Origin: a bacterium | GTDB lineage: Bacteria; Zhuqueibacterota; Zhuqueibacteria; Oceanimicrobiales; Oceanimicrobiaceae | Reading direction: 5' to 3' | Assembly: GCA_046758365.1 (NCBI GenBank) | Contig: JBHIAC010000060.1 | Coordinates: forward strand, 1-17,586 | DNA: 17,586 nt | The notes under the pieces: model-generated | Told to the model about the DNA's origin: nothing | The model's input: only the letters and a program-made list of their open reading frames with translations | Databases searched by the model: none | Position numbers and translations under genes: made by a program | Shown: piece after piece, positions 1 through 8,983 of the stretch | Layout: every line of letters starts with the position of its first letter | Numbering within the stretch: the first letter of the stretch is position 1

Positions 1-77
1 TTAATGATTTTGTCGTCAATTATTTTGTGTTATAAATTTATTTGCATTTCGAGTAAAGATTTTATTGTTTAAGTACT

Positions 78-227
78 AACCGCAAGGACACAAAGTTTTT
101 CGGTGACCTTCGGCGACTTCGGTGATCTAAAAATTTCTTTCCACCGAACAGTGCCAAAGGTCACCGAGACTCGCCGAATCCATTTTTTCTTCTGGTTGCG
201 GCTCTGCGGCGCTGTGCAAATCTGTGG
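78..227. repeat. Composite short-period repeat element downstream of the DSD1-like gene
   Basis: AACCGCAAGGACACAAAG (78-95); 9-mer array TTCGGYGAC x3 (99-125) inverted against CACCGAACAGTGCCAAAGGTCACCGA (142-167); 163-216 recurs inverted at 17533-17586. Confidence 0.8.
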
Positions 228-241
228 GTCAATAAAATTAT

Positions 242-1336
242 TTACGTCATTTTGCCCCGCGCTTTTATTTTAAATACTTTCTCGACTTGACCACCTCGAA
301 TTCCATATATCTCATCAAACATATTAACAACGACACAGGCATGGTTAGGAATAATCTGTACTTTTTCTCCAATTTCAAATATCGAATGTGTTTCAATTAT
401 GCCATGTTCTTCTGATAGCCGGGTTATCGTCGCATTCTTTTCAGGAATATACCCATATCCTTTATTGCGTACACCAGTCCTACCAAGCGGGTCTGATGTT
501 AAAGCTTTTTTACCAGCATCCAACACAACTCTGTTGGCCGCAGGGCAACTGGTAATTGTTGCCAAGACCGAAAGTGCACAATCTTGTAATGTGCAGGAGA
601 ACAGCTCTATTTTGGTTAAATCATAGAAGACGTAGTTTCCGGGACGGATTTCTGTAACGCCTTTGACACTACCACAATATTTTGCAGTAGGTGTGGAACC
701 AGTGCTCACGACTTCAACAGGTATTCGGTTTTGCCTTAAGAGTTCAGCGGTTTTCACCAACACCTTGCCTTCATGTAAGCCAATTTTTTCAATACCTTCT
801 TTCGTGGATTCATGATAAGCCTGTCCGGCATGGGTCATCAGCCCTCGCAATTTAAGACTATTTAGCTGCACGATTTCTTTAGCTAATTTTAAAGCCTCAT
901 CGCCGGGAATAACACCGCAGCGATTTTGCCCACTATTGATCTCAATGACCACATCAAGTGCTCGATTGGCTTGTTCGAATGCGTTGTTTAAGCTTTTAGC
1001 CCCGAAAATGCTGTCCACCGCAACACATAATTTCACTTGTTTAGAAAGTTCAATGACCCGCTTAATTTTCGTTTCCCCGATAATTTCATTGGCAATGAGG
1101 ATATCCTCTAAACCAGCCGCAGCCATGACCTCGGCTTCTCCGATTTTGGCACAGGTAATGCCCACAGCTCCCGCCTTCAGTTGCGTTTTGGCGATTTCAG
1201 GACATTTATGAGTTTTGATGTGAGGCCGAAGATTTACCTTTTGACTCTCTGAAAATTCAGCCATGTTTGAAATGTTGGCTTCCAAGCGCTCTAAGTCAAC
1301 CAATAACACCGGGGTGTCGAGTTCTTTAAAATTCAT
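242..1336 (-). CDS. DSD1-family PLP-dependent enzyme (D-threonine aldolase / D-serine dehydratase-like, alanine-racemase fold)
   Basis: ORF 242..1363. ATG at 1336 (MNFKELDTPVLLVD) is a more likely start than the upstream TTG. Motifs: LRPHIKTHKC (PLP Lys), GSTPT, EIRPGNYVFYD, DAGKKAL, LSEEHG and IIPNHAC (His/Cys metal ligands). Substrate cannot be determined. Confidence 0.88.
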   Translation of the reverse strand: MNFKELDTPVLLVDLERLEANISNMAEFSESQKVNLRPHIKTHKCPEIAKTQLKAGAVGITCAKIGEAEVMAAAGLEDILIANEIIGETKIKRVIELSKQVKLCVAVDSIFGAKSLNNAFEQANRALDVVIEINSGQNRCGVIPGDEALKLAKEIVQLNSLKLRGLMTHAGQAYHESTKEGIEKIGLHEGKVLVKTAELLRQNRIPVEVVSTGSTPTAKYCGSVKGVTEIRPGNYVFYDLTKIELFSCTLQDCALSVLATITSCPAANRVVLDAGKKALTSDPLGRTGVRNKGYGYIPEKNATITRLSEEHGIIETHSIFEIGEKVQIIPNHACVVVNMFDEIYGIRGGQVEKVFKIKARGKMT

Positions 1337-1439
1337 AATATTATTTTTTAATTTTTTAAACAATTAACTTTATAGTATTAACAATCAAATCTTCGCTTTT
1401 TTTGCAAAGAAATTACATATATTCCGGAATAATATATTG

Positions 1440-1513
1440 GGATTGTTGCATTGTTCCCTGGTTGAATTGTTAGTCAGAGCCAACAGTAGAACAATGGAAC
1501 AATAGAACAATCC
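1440..1513. repeat. Two inverted arrays of an 8-bp unit (ATTGTTnn / AACAATnn)
   Basis: ATTGTTGC ATTGTTCC CTGGTTGA ATTGTTAG (1442-1473) facing AACAGTAG AACAATGG AACAATAG AACAAT (1482-1511). Confidence 0.75.
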
Positions 1514-1803
1514 TTTTCTCCTTTGTTGAATTGATAATATTTGCGATTTCGTGGCGCTAGTTAATATTATAAGAAAGATAGTTGGTTCAATCAAGAAATA
1601 TTTTTAGACTTTTATTGTAAGTTCAGCTCCATGGAGCTTTATCATTAATTAAATTAAGACCTTATAATCGATGACTTAGGCGCTTAATTTTAGTATTTAT
1701 AATGTAATAGGGGCAGATATTCAGGAGATGGATATTTTGCACATAAATCAAAGGAAACTAAAAGTTATAATTTATAGTATTAAACAAAGGAATTGATTAT
1801 ACC

Positions 1804-1832
1804 TTGATTCTATATTCCCATGTTATTATATT
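1804..1832 (+). promoter_or_regulatory. Putative sigma70 promoter of htpX
   Basis: TTGATT (1804-1809), 17 nt spacer, TATATT (1827-1832); GGAGG RBS at 1884-1888 before ATG 1895. The AT-rich context raises the chance of a random match. Confidence 0.4.
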
Positions 1833-1894
1833 AAAAAAAAATGTATATTAAGAAATCAAATTTTTTAATATAGCGAGAAGCTTGGAGGTTTTAT

Positions 1895-2740
1895 ATGAAC
1901 GCAATAAAAACAACATTTTTAATGGCACTCCTGACTGTGTTGTTGATATTTTTTGGACAAATGGTGGCTGGTCAGAGTGGTGCTATGATGGCATTTATAA
2001 TAGCGGCCGGCATAAATTTCTTTAGCTACTGGTTTTCTGATAAAATAGTATTGGCTACGTATCGTGCGCAGGAAGTGAGTGAGGCCGAAGCTCCTCAACT
2101 CCACAGCATGGTGCGACGGTTAGCTCAACGAGCTCGGCTGCCGATGCCCAAGGTATATATCATTCCAACCGATACACCCAATGCTTTTGCCACCGGAAGA
2201 GATCCCCATCATGCAGCTGTAGCGGTAACAAAAGGTATTATGCGCATGCTAAGTCCAGATGAATTAGAAGGTGTTTTAGGGCACGAATTAGCACATGTTA
2301 AAAATCGAGATATATTGATTGGAACAGTGGCTGCTACCATTGCTGGCGCCATCACCATGCTTTCTTTCATCGGACGATTAACTTTCTTTTTTGGAGGGGG
2401 TGGCGGCGATGATGATGGCAGTCCCATCGCAAGTTTATTAATGTTAATATTAGCGCCTATTGCAGCTATGTTTATTCAGATGGCAATATCTCGTTCACGT
2501 GAATTTGCCGCCGATCGAGGTAGCGCTGAGATTTCAGGTAAACCCTTGGCACTGGCTTCGGCACTCGATAATTTGGAACGGGGTGTTGCGAGAATTCCTA
2601 TGCATGCAAGTCCATCTTCAGCACACCTGTTCATTGTGAATCCTTTGCGTGGTGGAGGCATTGCCTCTCTATTTTCAACACATCCGCCAATAGATGAACG
2701 AATTAGAAGGCTGCGAGAATTAGCCATGACTCATGGGTAA
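1895..2740 (+). CDS. htpX: Zinc metalloprotease HtpX (M48)
   Basis: N-terminal TM pairs, [13 protein letters not shown] (HExxH), [18 protein letters not shown]; 281 aa; GGAGG RBS. Confidence 0.96.
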   Translation: MNAIKTTFLMALLTVLLIFFGQMVAGQSGAMMAFIIAAGINFFSYWFSDKIVLATYRAQEVSEAEAPQLHSMVRRLAQRARLPMPKVYIIPTDTPNAFATGRDPHHAAVAVTKGIMRMLSPDELEGVLGHELAHVKNRDILIGTVAATIAGAITMLSFIGRLTFFFGGGGGDDDGSPIASLLMLILAPIAAMFIQMAISRSREFAADRGSAEISGKPLALASALDNLERGVARIPMHASPSSAHLFIVNPLRGGGIASLFSTHPPIDERIRRLRELAMTHG

Positions 2741-2781
2741 AAATGTATTATTTCTTTAAAAATAACAGTTTTTAGTTGATA

Positions 2782-2978
2782 CCCCGATTCTGTGTTAAAA
2801 TTAGATTGAGTTCCTTTTGCCCTTGTAATTTTGTATTTTGCATTCACCTGTTCCGAAAGCTTTCGGAACCTGTTGGGTGTTCTATCTTTCTTTTATTTGT
2901 CTTTATTTAATTTTTCAAACTTTAATAACTTTTAGAGGATTATCCAAAAATTGTTTTGCTGCTAATATAGAATCGGGG
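2782..2978. mobile_element. MITE-like element (197 bp) with terminal inverted repeats and TA duplication
   Basis: TA|CCCCGATTCTGTGTTA (2780-2797) ... TAATATAGAATCGGGG|TA (2963-2980). The IR is perfect for 12 bp including the TA and 16/18 overall. No ORF inside. Confidence 0.6.
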
Positions 2979-2979
2979 T

Positions 2980-3012
2980 AAAAAGAGGGTGTATGTGAAG
3001 CACCCTCTTTTT
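2980..3012. terminator. Intrinsic (probably bidirectional) terminator between htpX and ftsH
   Basis: AAAAAGAGGGTG, 9 nt loop, CACCCTCTTTTT: a perfect 12-bp stem with A/T tails. Confidence 0.75.
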
Positions 3013-3044
3013 ATTCTGTTTAGCAATTAAATATTGGAGATGAA

Positions 3045-5000
3045 ATGAACAGACCGAGGCGTAAGCCGCCAAATAATGTTACCAAAAAAAAGCTCAATTT
3101 CTCAATTTGGTATATTTTGTTAGCTTTTTTTGTGATGTATATCATTCAAAGTTTTTTGATTCGCGGGGAAGTTGAAAAGATACCATACAGCAAGTTTAAG
3201 CAGTTATTACGTGATGGTCATATAAAGGAGTGCACCGTTTCTCCAGAAAAAATTTCTGGGGTTATGTTCACTGATGAATCCACAGCTCAAAATTTAGAGA
3301 ATCAAAGCTATAGGAAAACTCCATTTAGTTTTCAACAAAAAGGATTAGGTAAAGGAGAATATTATTTTGAAACAGTCAGGGTGGAGGATCCTGAATTAGT
3401 CAAAGACCTGCAGGCGCAGAATATTAAATTTTCAGGTAAAACCGATGAAGGTTGGTGGCAGGGAATTTTATTTTACTGGATTCTACCTATCGCAATTCTA
3501 TTCGCCATTTGGGGATTTGCATTCCGACGAATAAATCCGCAAGGGGGATTGATGTCCATTGGTAAAAGTAAAGCCAAGATATATGTTGAAGGTAAAACCA
3601 AAGTAACTTTCAAAGATGTCGCCGGTATTGACGAAGCTGTGGAAGAAGTAAAAGAAGTGGTAGAATATTTAAAAACTCCAAATAAATTTAAAAACCTTGG
3701 TGGGCAAATTCCTAAGGGCGTATTATTGGTTGGGCCTCCTGGTACGGGCAAGACCCTTTTAGCCAAAGCGGTTGCGGGTGAAGCCAGTGTTCCGTTTTTC
3801 AGCCTTTCTGGTTCAGATTTTGTGGAAATGTTTGTAGGCGTCGGCGCTGCCCGAGTTCGGGATCTTTTTCAACAAGCGGCTCAGCATGAACCCTGTATTG
3901 TTTTTATAGATGAATTGGACGCATTAGGGAAAGTGCGGGGTATGAATCCTTTCGCAGGGCATGATGAACGTGAACAAACCCTAAACCAACTTTTAGTAGA
4001 AATGGATGGATTTGATCCCAATGTTGGTGTGATTATTATGGCAGCCACCAACCGGCCAGAGATTCTGGATTTAGCTCTACTGCGTCCAGGTAGATTCGAT
4101 CGACAAATAGTAGTAGATCGACCCGATATTAATGGCCGGGAAGCTATCTTGAAAGTCCATTCCAGAAAAGTAAAATTAGCACCTGAGGTCAATTTGCGGG
4201 TTATTGCTGCAAGAACGCCTGGATTCGTCGGTGCAGATTTGGCTAATGTGGTTAACGAAGCAGCCCTTTTAGCAGCGCGGTCTGGAAAAAAGGAAGTTAC
4301 TCTTCAAGATTTGGAAGAAGCAATTGACCGAGTCGTAGCGGGTTTGGAGAAAAAGAGCCGGGTTCTCAACAAAAAGGAGAAAGAGATTATAGCTTATCAT
4401 GAGGCAGGGCACGCTATCATCGCTGGTAGTCTTACAGATGTAGATCCTGTACACCGGGTCTCCATTATTCCTCGGGGTGTAGCTGCTTTAGGGTATACCC
4501 TGCAACTACCTACAGAAGACCGCCATTTGATGACAAAAACTGAATTATTAAACCGATTGAAAGTTTTGTTAGGTGGTAGAGTAGCTGAAGAAATTATATT
4601 CAAAGAGATTTCCACAGGAGCCCAGAATGATTTGGAGCGCTCCACAGCTATTGCCCGTAGTATGGTGACCGAGTATGGCATGAGCGAAAAATTGGGACCG
4701 CTATCCTACTCTAAAGAAAAAGGGCTTATGTTTCTGGGCGCCGAGTTTGGAAGCGGAGGTGCTTACAGCGAAAAAATCGCCGCTGAGATAGATGATGAGG
4801 TTCGGGAAATTGTTGAAAAAGCTTACCAAGAAATAAAGTCACTTTTATTGTCTCAAAAAGATAAATTAGTAACTTTGGCTAAAATGCTGCTGGAAAAAGA
4901 GGTGGTAGAGGGTGAGGAATTGGAGCAACTATTGAATAGTGAGAAAAATAAAGGGCCAAAGTTGAAAAAGAAAAAGAAAAAAGTCTTCGATGTAAAATAA
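3045..5000 (+). CDS. ftsH: ATP-dependent zinc metalloprotease FtsH
   Basis: Two N-terminal TM segments, Walker A GPPGTGKT, pore motif FVG, Walker [26 protein letters not shown] zinc motif; GGAGA RBS. Confidence 0.98.
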   Translation: MNRPRRKPPNNVTKKKLNFSIWYILLAFFVMYIIQSFLIRGEVEKIPYSKFKQLLRDGHIKECTVSPEKISGVMFTDESTAQNLENQSYRKTPFSFQQKGLGKGEYYFETVRVEDPELVKDLQAQNIKFSGKTDEGWWQGILFYWILPIAILFAIWGFAFRRINPQGGLMSIGKSKAKIYVEGKTKVTFKDVAGIDEAVEEVKEVVEYLKTPNKFKNLGGQIPKGVLLVGPPGTGKTLLAKAVAGEASVPFFSLSGSDFVEMFVGVGAARVRDLFQQAAQHEPCIVFIDELDALGKVRGMNPFAGHDEREQTLNQLLVEMDGFDPNVGVIIMAATNRPEILDLALLRPGRFDRQIVVDRPDINGREAILKVHSRKVKLAPEVNLRVIAARTPGFVGADLANVVNEAALLAARSGKKEVTLQDLEEAIDRVVAGLEKKSRVLNKKEKEIIAYHEAGHAIIAGSLTDVDPVHRVSIIPRGVAALGYTLQLPTEDRHLMTKTELLNRLKVLLGGRVAEEIIFKEISTGAQNDLERSTAIARSMVTEYGMSEKLGPLSYSKEKGLMFLGAEFGSGGAYSEKIAAEIDDEVREIVEKAYQEIKSLLLSQKDKLVTLAKMLLEKEVVEGEELEQLLNSEKNKGPKLKKKKKKVFDVK

Positions 5001-5180
5001 TTAATCCTCTAACTCATCTGCCGTAAACTTATTCAAGATTGCAGATAAATGGTGAGCTAGTTCATATTCTTTGCGTCGTTTTGCAATTATGATTCCGTAG
5101 TGTTTGCGACTTGTTTGTACATACTAAGTAAGTAAGAACTCAAAGTCCACGCGATTTGGGGTAACCAAACATCTTTTTGA
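4989..5180 (-). pseudogene. Remnant of a DUF5615-type PIN-like (toxin) gene, C-terminal half
   Basis: Minus-strand frame from 5180 reads SKRCLVTPNRVDFEFLLT*YVQTSRKHYGIIIAKRRKEYELAHHLSAILNKFTADELED*LFYI. This resembles the TxNrxDF...HxGIII...TADExxxQLxYI pattern I recall for DUF5615 proteins. Two in-frame stops (5126-5124, 5003-5001); 5' half missing. Confidence 0.6.
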
Positions 5181-5265
5181 AGATCGAGTTATTTTTATCA
5201 ATTAAATTGTTTTTTCTTGCTTAATTTCTTTTCATTTATTACATCTAAAATAAGGAGTAGATTTC

Positions 5266-6600
5266 ATGACACGAAAAGATAAAGAATACGCACTCAAAAC
5301 CGCCAGTGAAAATGGAGTAAAGTTTATTCGTTTATGGTTTACCGACATTTTAGGATTTCTTAAAAGTTTTACCATTACTATAAAAGAATTGGAATTGGCC
5401 TTAGAAGAAGGGGCTGGATTTGATGGATCTTCCATTGAGGGTTTTGTCCGAATTGACGAAAGCGATATGATAGCCATGCCCGACCCAGATACATTTCAAA
5501 TTCTTCCTTGGCGCCATAATGAACAAAGTACGGTAGCTCGAATGTTTTGTGATATTTATACACCGGAAGGTAATCCTTATGACGGCGATCCTCGCGGGGT
5601 ATTAAGAAAAAATCTAAAACGGGCTAAAGATATGGGATATACTTTTTATGTTGGCCCTGAATTGGAATATTTTTATTTTCGAAGCGCAAAAGGAAAACCC
5701 GAAACTTTAGATAACGGTGGATACTTCGATCTAACCCCTCTAGATGTGGCTAGTGATTTACGCAAACAAACTGTAGAAGCTCTTCAATCTTTAGACATTG
5801 AGGTAGAAACCAGCCACCATGAAGTTGGTCCAAGCCAACACGAGATTGACTTACGCTATACTGATGCCTTAACTATGGCAGACCATGCTATGACCTATCG
5901 CTTGGTTGTAAAGGAAGTGGCTCTCAGAAATGGAATCTACGCTACCTTTATGCCCAAACCTCTTTTCGGCCAAAACGGCAGCGGAATGCATACTCATATG
6001 TCACTTTTTAAAGGCGAACGCAACGCATTTTTTGCTGCGGACAATAAATACCATCTATCCGACATAGCTAATAAATTTATCGCTGGATTGATTAAACACG
6101 CTCAGGAATTTACTCTTTTAACCAGCCAGTGGGTTAATTCATACAAACGTTTAGTACCTGGATTTGAGGCTCCGGTTTATACCACCTGGGCTGTACGAAA
6201 CCGATCTGATTTGATTCGCGTACCAGCCTATAAATTGGGAAAAGAGAAGGCCACTAGAATCGAACTTCGTTCCCCCGACCCTGCATGCAATCCCTATCTA
6301 GCATTTAGCGCTATGTTAGCTGCTGGTTTACAAGGCATTGAAAAGAATTACGAGACCATTGAGCCTGTAGAACTTAACGTGTATAAATTAAGTGAAGAAG
6401 AAAGACGTAAGCTTAAAATTGGTCACTTACCAGAAGATTTATATGAAGCTATCAAAGTCATGGAATCCAGCGAATTGATGAGAAAGACTCTGGGGGACCA
6501 TGTATTTTATTCTCTATTGGAAAATAAAAAATTAGAGTGGGAAAAGTACCGAGCTCAAGTATCCGAATGGGAAATGGAGAATTATTTTCCGGTTTTGTAG
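5266..6600 (+). CDS. glnA: Glutamine synthetase type I
   Basis: FDGSSIEGFVRIDESDM, GPELEYF, HHEVGPSQHEID, TFMPKPLFGQNGSGMHTH, NSYKRLVPGFEAP, RIELRSPDPACNPYL; 444 aa (GSI-alpha size); AAGGAG RBS. Confidence 0.97.
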   Translation: MTRKDKEYALKTASENGVKFIRLWFTDILGFLKSFTITIKELELALEEGAGFDGSSIEGFVRIDESDMIAMPDPDTFQILPWRHNEQSTVARMFCDIYTPEGNPYDGDPRGVLRKNLKRAKDMGYTFYVGPELEYFYFRSAKGKPETLDNGGYFDLTPLDVASDLRKQTVEALQSLDIEVETSHHEVGPSQHEIDLRYTDALTMADHAMTYRLVVKEVALRNGIYATFMPKPLFGQNGSGMHTHMSLFKGERNAFFAADNKYHLSDIANKFIAGLIKHAQEFTLLTSQWVNSYKRLVPGFEAPVYTTWAVRNRSDLIRVPAYKLGKEKATRIELRSPDPACNPYLAFSAMLAAGLQGIEKNYETIEPVELNVYKLSEEERRKLKIGHLPEDLYEAIKVMESSELMRKTLGDHVFYSLLENKKLEWEKYRAQVSEWEMENYFPVL

Positions 6601-6605
6601 CTATT

Positions 6606-6717
6606 AGCAAAAAAGCTAACCTTTTTTAAAATTTATTTTGGACGCAATTTCAGAGGATCATTAGGATATTTAGGAATATTTTGAATTTTTTATTTTTAAA
6701 AAGGTTGGCTTTTTGCT
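6606..6717. repeat. Inverted repeat pair enclosing a 9-bp tandem array, downstream of glnA
   Basis: AGCAAAAAAGCTAACCTTTTTTAAAA (6606-6631) pairs with TTTTAAAAAGGTTGGCTTTTTGCT (6694-6717). Inside: AGGATCATT AGGATATTT AGGAATATT (6654-6680). Confidence 0.55.
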
Positions 6718-6741
6718 TGAATAAGATTTAATAGGACAATT

Positions 6742-7068
6742 ATGAAACTTGGCACCACACATTACATAGATTGCGCTCACTATTTGCCCGGCCATCCCAA
6801 ATGTGGACAACTGCACGGTCATACTTATAAAGTAGAAGTTATTATAGAAGGCAAAAACAAAGACGGAATGGTCATAGATTTTGCGGATATAAAAGAGGCC
6901 GTAGAAGAAATTTTGCATGAGTACGATCACAAATCCCTAAACGATTTCTTAGAATACCCTTCGGTTGAAAATATTTGTGAAATGCTGCAGACTTGTCTAA
7001 AAGAGCGACTAAATTTTCCTTTTATCATTCGAGTTTGGGAAGGGGAAGGTAAGTGGGCAGAACTGTAA
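6742..7068 (+). CDS. queD: 6-carboxy-5,6,7,8-tetrahydropterin synthase (QueD/PTPS family)
   Basis: CAHYLPGHPKCGQLHGHTY (CxxxHGH), GMVIDF, DHKSLND, PSVENI, VWE; AGGA RBS. Confidence 0.92.
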   Translation: MKLGTTHYIDCAHYLPGHPKCGQLHGHTYKVEVIIEGKNKDGMVIDFADIKEAVEEILHEYDHKSLNDFLEYPSVENICEMLQTCLKERLNFPFIIRVWEGEGKWAEL

Positions 7069-7152
7069 AAGAATAAATTTTAAAACCACAGAATTACACG
7101 AATATAAACTTAAATTAAATTTAAATTCTCAGGTTTTTATCTTAAATATTTT

Positions 7153-7224
7153 GAGGAAAAAGCATTAGAGAATATCAAAGACGCTATCAGGTCTTATTTG
7201 GAAACTGTTGAGGAATTAAGCTAA
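7153..7224 (+). pseudogene. Fragment of a HicB-family antitoxin gene
   Basis: Frame reads EEKALENIKDAIRSYLETVEELS*, resembling the helix that follows SQG in short HicB/UPF0150 proteins (EEEALENIKDAIxxYLE). The N-terminal part and start codon are absent. Confidence 0.55.
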
Positions 7225-7240
7225 GCTTAATTTATAAAAT

Positions 7241-7666
7241 TTGGTCAAACTAAACAAAAGCACACGATTCGCTCTTTATTCCATTCTTGAGCTAAGTAAG
7301 AATCCCCGTGCTCTGGTTTCTGCTGGCGAGATCGCCGAAAAGTACCAAATTTCTGAACACCATGTAGCCAAAGTGCTGCAGCAGTTAGTTCGGGTGGGTC
7401 TCATTCGCAGTATTCGGGGTATCAAAGGGGGTTTCCAAATTGCCAGGGACCCCAAAGAAATAACTATGCTGGAGGTCGTGGAAATTTTTGAACCTCGTTT
7501 ACCACAACATGGGTGCCTCTTATTGGATTTCGAAGATAACTGCCAACTGCAAGATGCTTGTCGAATTGGAGAGGTATTTCACGAAATGCAAGAACAAGCC
7601 TTTTACACTCTCAAGTCTGTTTCTATCGCTACCCTGATAGCCCCCAAAAAAATTCTTAAAAAATAA
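7241..7666 (+). CDS. Rrf2-family transcriptional regulator, BadM-like, with three C-terminal Cys
   Basis: Winged-HTH motifs KSTRFALYSILEL, EIAEKYQISEHHVAKVLQQLVRVGLIRSIRGIKGGF; C92/C101/C107; directly upstream of the benzoyl-CoA pathway genes. TTG start without a clear RBS. Confidence 0.9.
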   Translation: MVKLNKSTRFALYSILELSKNPRALVSAGEIAEKYQISEHHVAKVLQQLVRVGLIRSIRGIKGGFQIARDPKEITMLEVVEIFEPRLPQHGCLLLDFEDNCQLQDACRIGEVFHEMQEQAFYTLKSVSIATLIAPKKILKK

Positions 7667-7808
7667 AAAAAAACACAGAAAAAAACGAAATAATTCAAAA
7701 GCTGACCTCCTTGATTAGTGAAAAGATTTAGTGTAATAAATGGGAACACTATACTCATTAATTCCACCTTAATCATCAAGTTAAAAGAATAAAATTATTA
7801 AATTTTTC

Positions 7809-7837
7809 TTGACAAATTTAATTTTAAATATTATATT
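7809..7837 (+). promoter_or_regulatory. Sigma70 promoter of the had-oah operon
   Basis: TTGACA (7809-7814), 17 nt spacer, TATATT (7832-7837). Confidence 0.7.
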
Positions 7838-7843
7838 AAAAAC

Positions 7844-7867
7844 AAGTAAACAAGTACCTATTTACTT
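7844..7867. promoter_or_regulatory. Palindromic operator at the predicted transcription start (candidate Rrf2/BadM-like site)
   Basis: AAGTAAACAAGTACCTATTTACTT: 24-bp dyad, 20/24 positions symmetric, centred on GTAC, starting 7 nt after the -10 box. Confidence 0.6.
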
Positions 7868-7885
7868 TTATTATATTTGACGCCT

Positions 7886-8974
7886 ATGGAATACAAAATT
7901 CAAGCTTGGCAAATGCACCAAGTAGGCCAACCCATGCAACTGGAAAAAATTTCTGTGTCCTCCCTTACCCCTGATGAAGTACTTGTGCGCATTATGGGTT
8001 GTGGAGTCTGCCACACCGACTTGGGATTTTTTTATGAGGGGATACGAACCGTTAAATCCCTACCTTTGACTTTAGGCCATGAAATCAGCGGATTTGTTGA
8101 AGAGGCCGGTTCCAACTGTAAAAATTGGATTGACAAGGCTGTTATTGTGCCAGCGGTTCTACCGTGTGGTCAATGCAATTTATGCAAAAAAGGCCGAGGA
8201 ACCATTTGCCGGAAGCAGAAAATGCCGGGTAATCATATAGATGGCGGATTTGCCAGCCATGTTGTAATTCCAGCGCAATATTTGTGCCCGGTAGCTGTTG
8301 AAAATGAAACGGCCTCTTTTGGAGAATCTGGAGTCACTTTGCGGGAGCTATCGGTCGTGGCCGATGCTGTCACCACGCCCTATCAAGCCGTTAAAAATTC
8401 CGGTCTGGCCGAAGGTGATGTTGCGATTTTTGTGGGAGTTGGCGGCATTGGTGGATTCGGGGTGCAAATTGCCAAAGCTTTGGGTGCTTTTGTCGTGGCC
8501 ATCGATGTGGATGAACGGCGACTACAGCTCCTTTCTAAATTCGGTGCGGAGGCTACCTTTAATCCCAAAAAGATGGATAAGAAAAAAATCCGCAAATCCA
8601 TCCAAGAATTTGTTTCAAAAAAATCTCTTTCTCCTTACGAATGGAAAATTTTTGAGTGTTCTGGAACCACAGCCGGACAGGAGTTGGCTTTTGGGTTACT
8701 GACCTTCGGAGCAACTTTAAGTGTGGTGGGATTCACTATGGATACTCTACAGCTACGTCTCAGTAACCTCATGGCCTTCGATGCCCGAGCTATTGGGAAT
8801 TGGGGATGTCACCCAAAATATTACCCAGAAGTATTGGAATTGGTTAAAAATGGACAGATTCAATTGCAGCCTTTTGTTCAAATTTTTCCACTCAAAGAAA
8901 TCAATACTGTATTTGAACTCGTTCATCATCGGGAATTGGATAAACGACCAGTTCTGGTTCCCGATTTTAAGTAG
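7886..8974 (+). CDS. had: 6-hydroxycyclohex-1-ene-1-carbonyl-CoA dehydrogenase (Zn-dependent MDR; Had/BamQ/BzdX)
   Basis: GCGVCHTDLGF, LPLTLGHEISG, structural Zn Cys cluster CGQCNLC...C, VVADAVTTPYQA, GVGGIG, and the family-typical LRLSNLMAFDARAIGNWGC; adjacent to oah. ATG 7886 preferred over TTG 7877. Confidence 0.92.
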   Translation: MEYKIQAWQMHQVGQPMQLEKISVSSLTPDEVLVRIMGCGVCHTDLGFFYEGIRTVKSLPLTLGHEISGFVEEAGSNCKNWIDKAVIVPAVLPCGQCNLCKKGRGTICRKQKMPGNHIDGGFASHVVIPAQYLCPVAVENETASFGESGVTLRELSVVADAVTTPYQAVKNSGLAEGDVAIFVGVGGIGGFGVQIAKALGAFVVAIDVDERRLQLLSKFGAEATFNPKKMDKKKIRKSIQEFVSKKSLSPYEWKIFECSGTTAGQELAFGLLTFGATLSVVGFTMDTLQLRLSNLMAFDARAIGNWGCHPKYYPEVLELVKNGQIQLQPFVQIFPLKEINTVFELVHHRELDKRPVLVPDFK

Positions 8975-8983
8975 GAGATTACC

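Noticed and set aside
78..227. Repeats considered as a CRISPR array
   Set aside because: Units are about 9 bp, tandem or inverted, with no unique spacers and no cas genes.
1385..1594. 69-aa minus-strand ORF upstream of the DSD1-like gene
   Set aside because: It runs through the 8-bp repeat arrays, has a non-ATG start and no recognisable family.
1625..1638. 14-bp palindrome AGCTCCATGGAGCT
   Set aside because: Single short occurrence; no function can be assigned.
6704..6720. Possible sigma54 promoter TTGGC...TTGC before queD
   Set aside because: GG-to-GC spacing is not 10 nt; the sequence is explained as an arm of the 6606-6717 inverted repeat.
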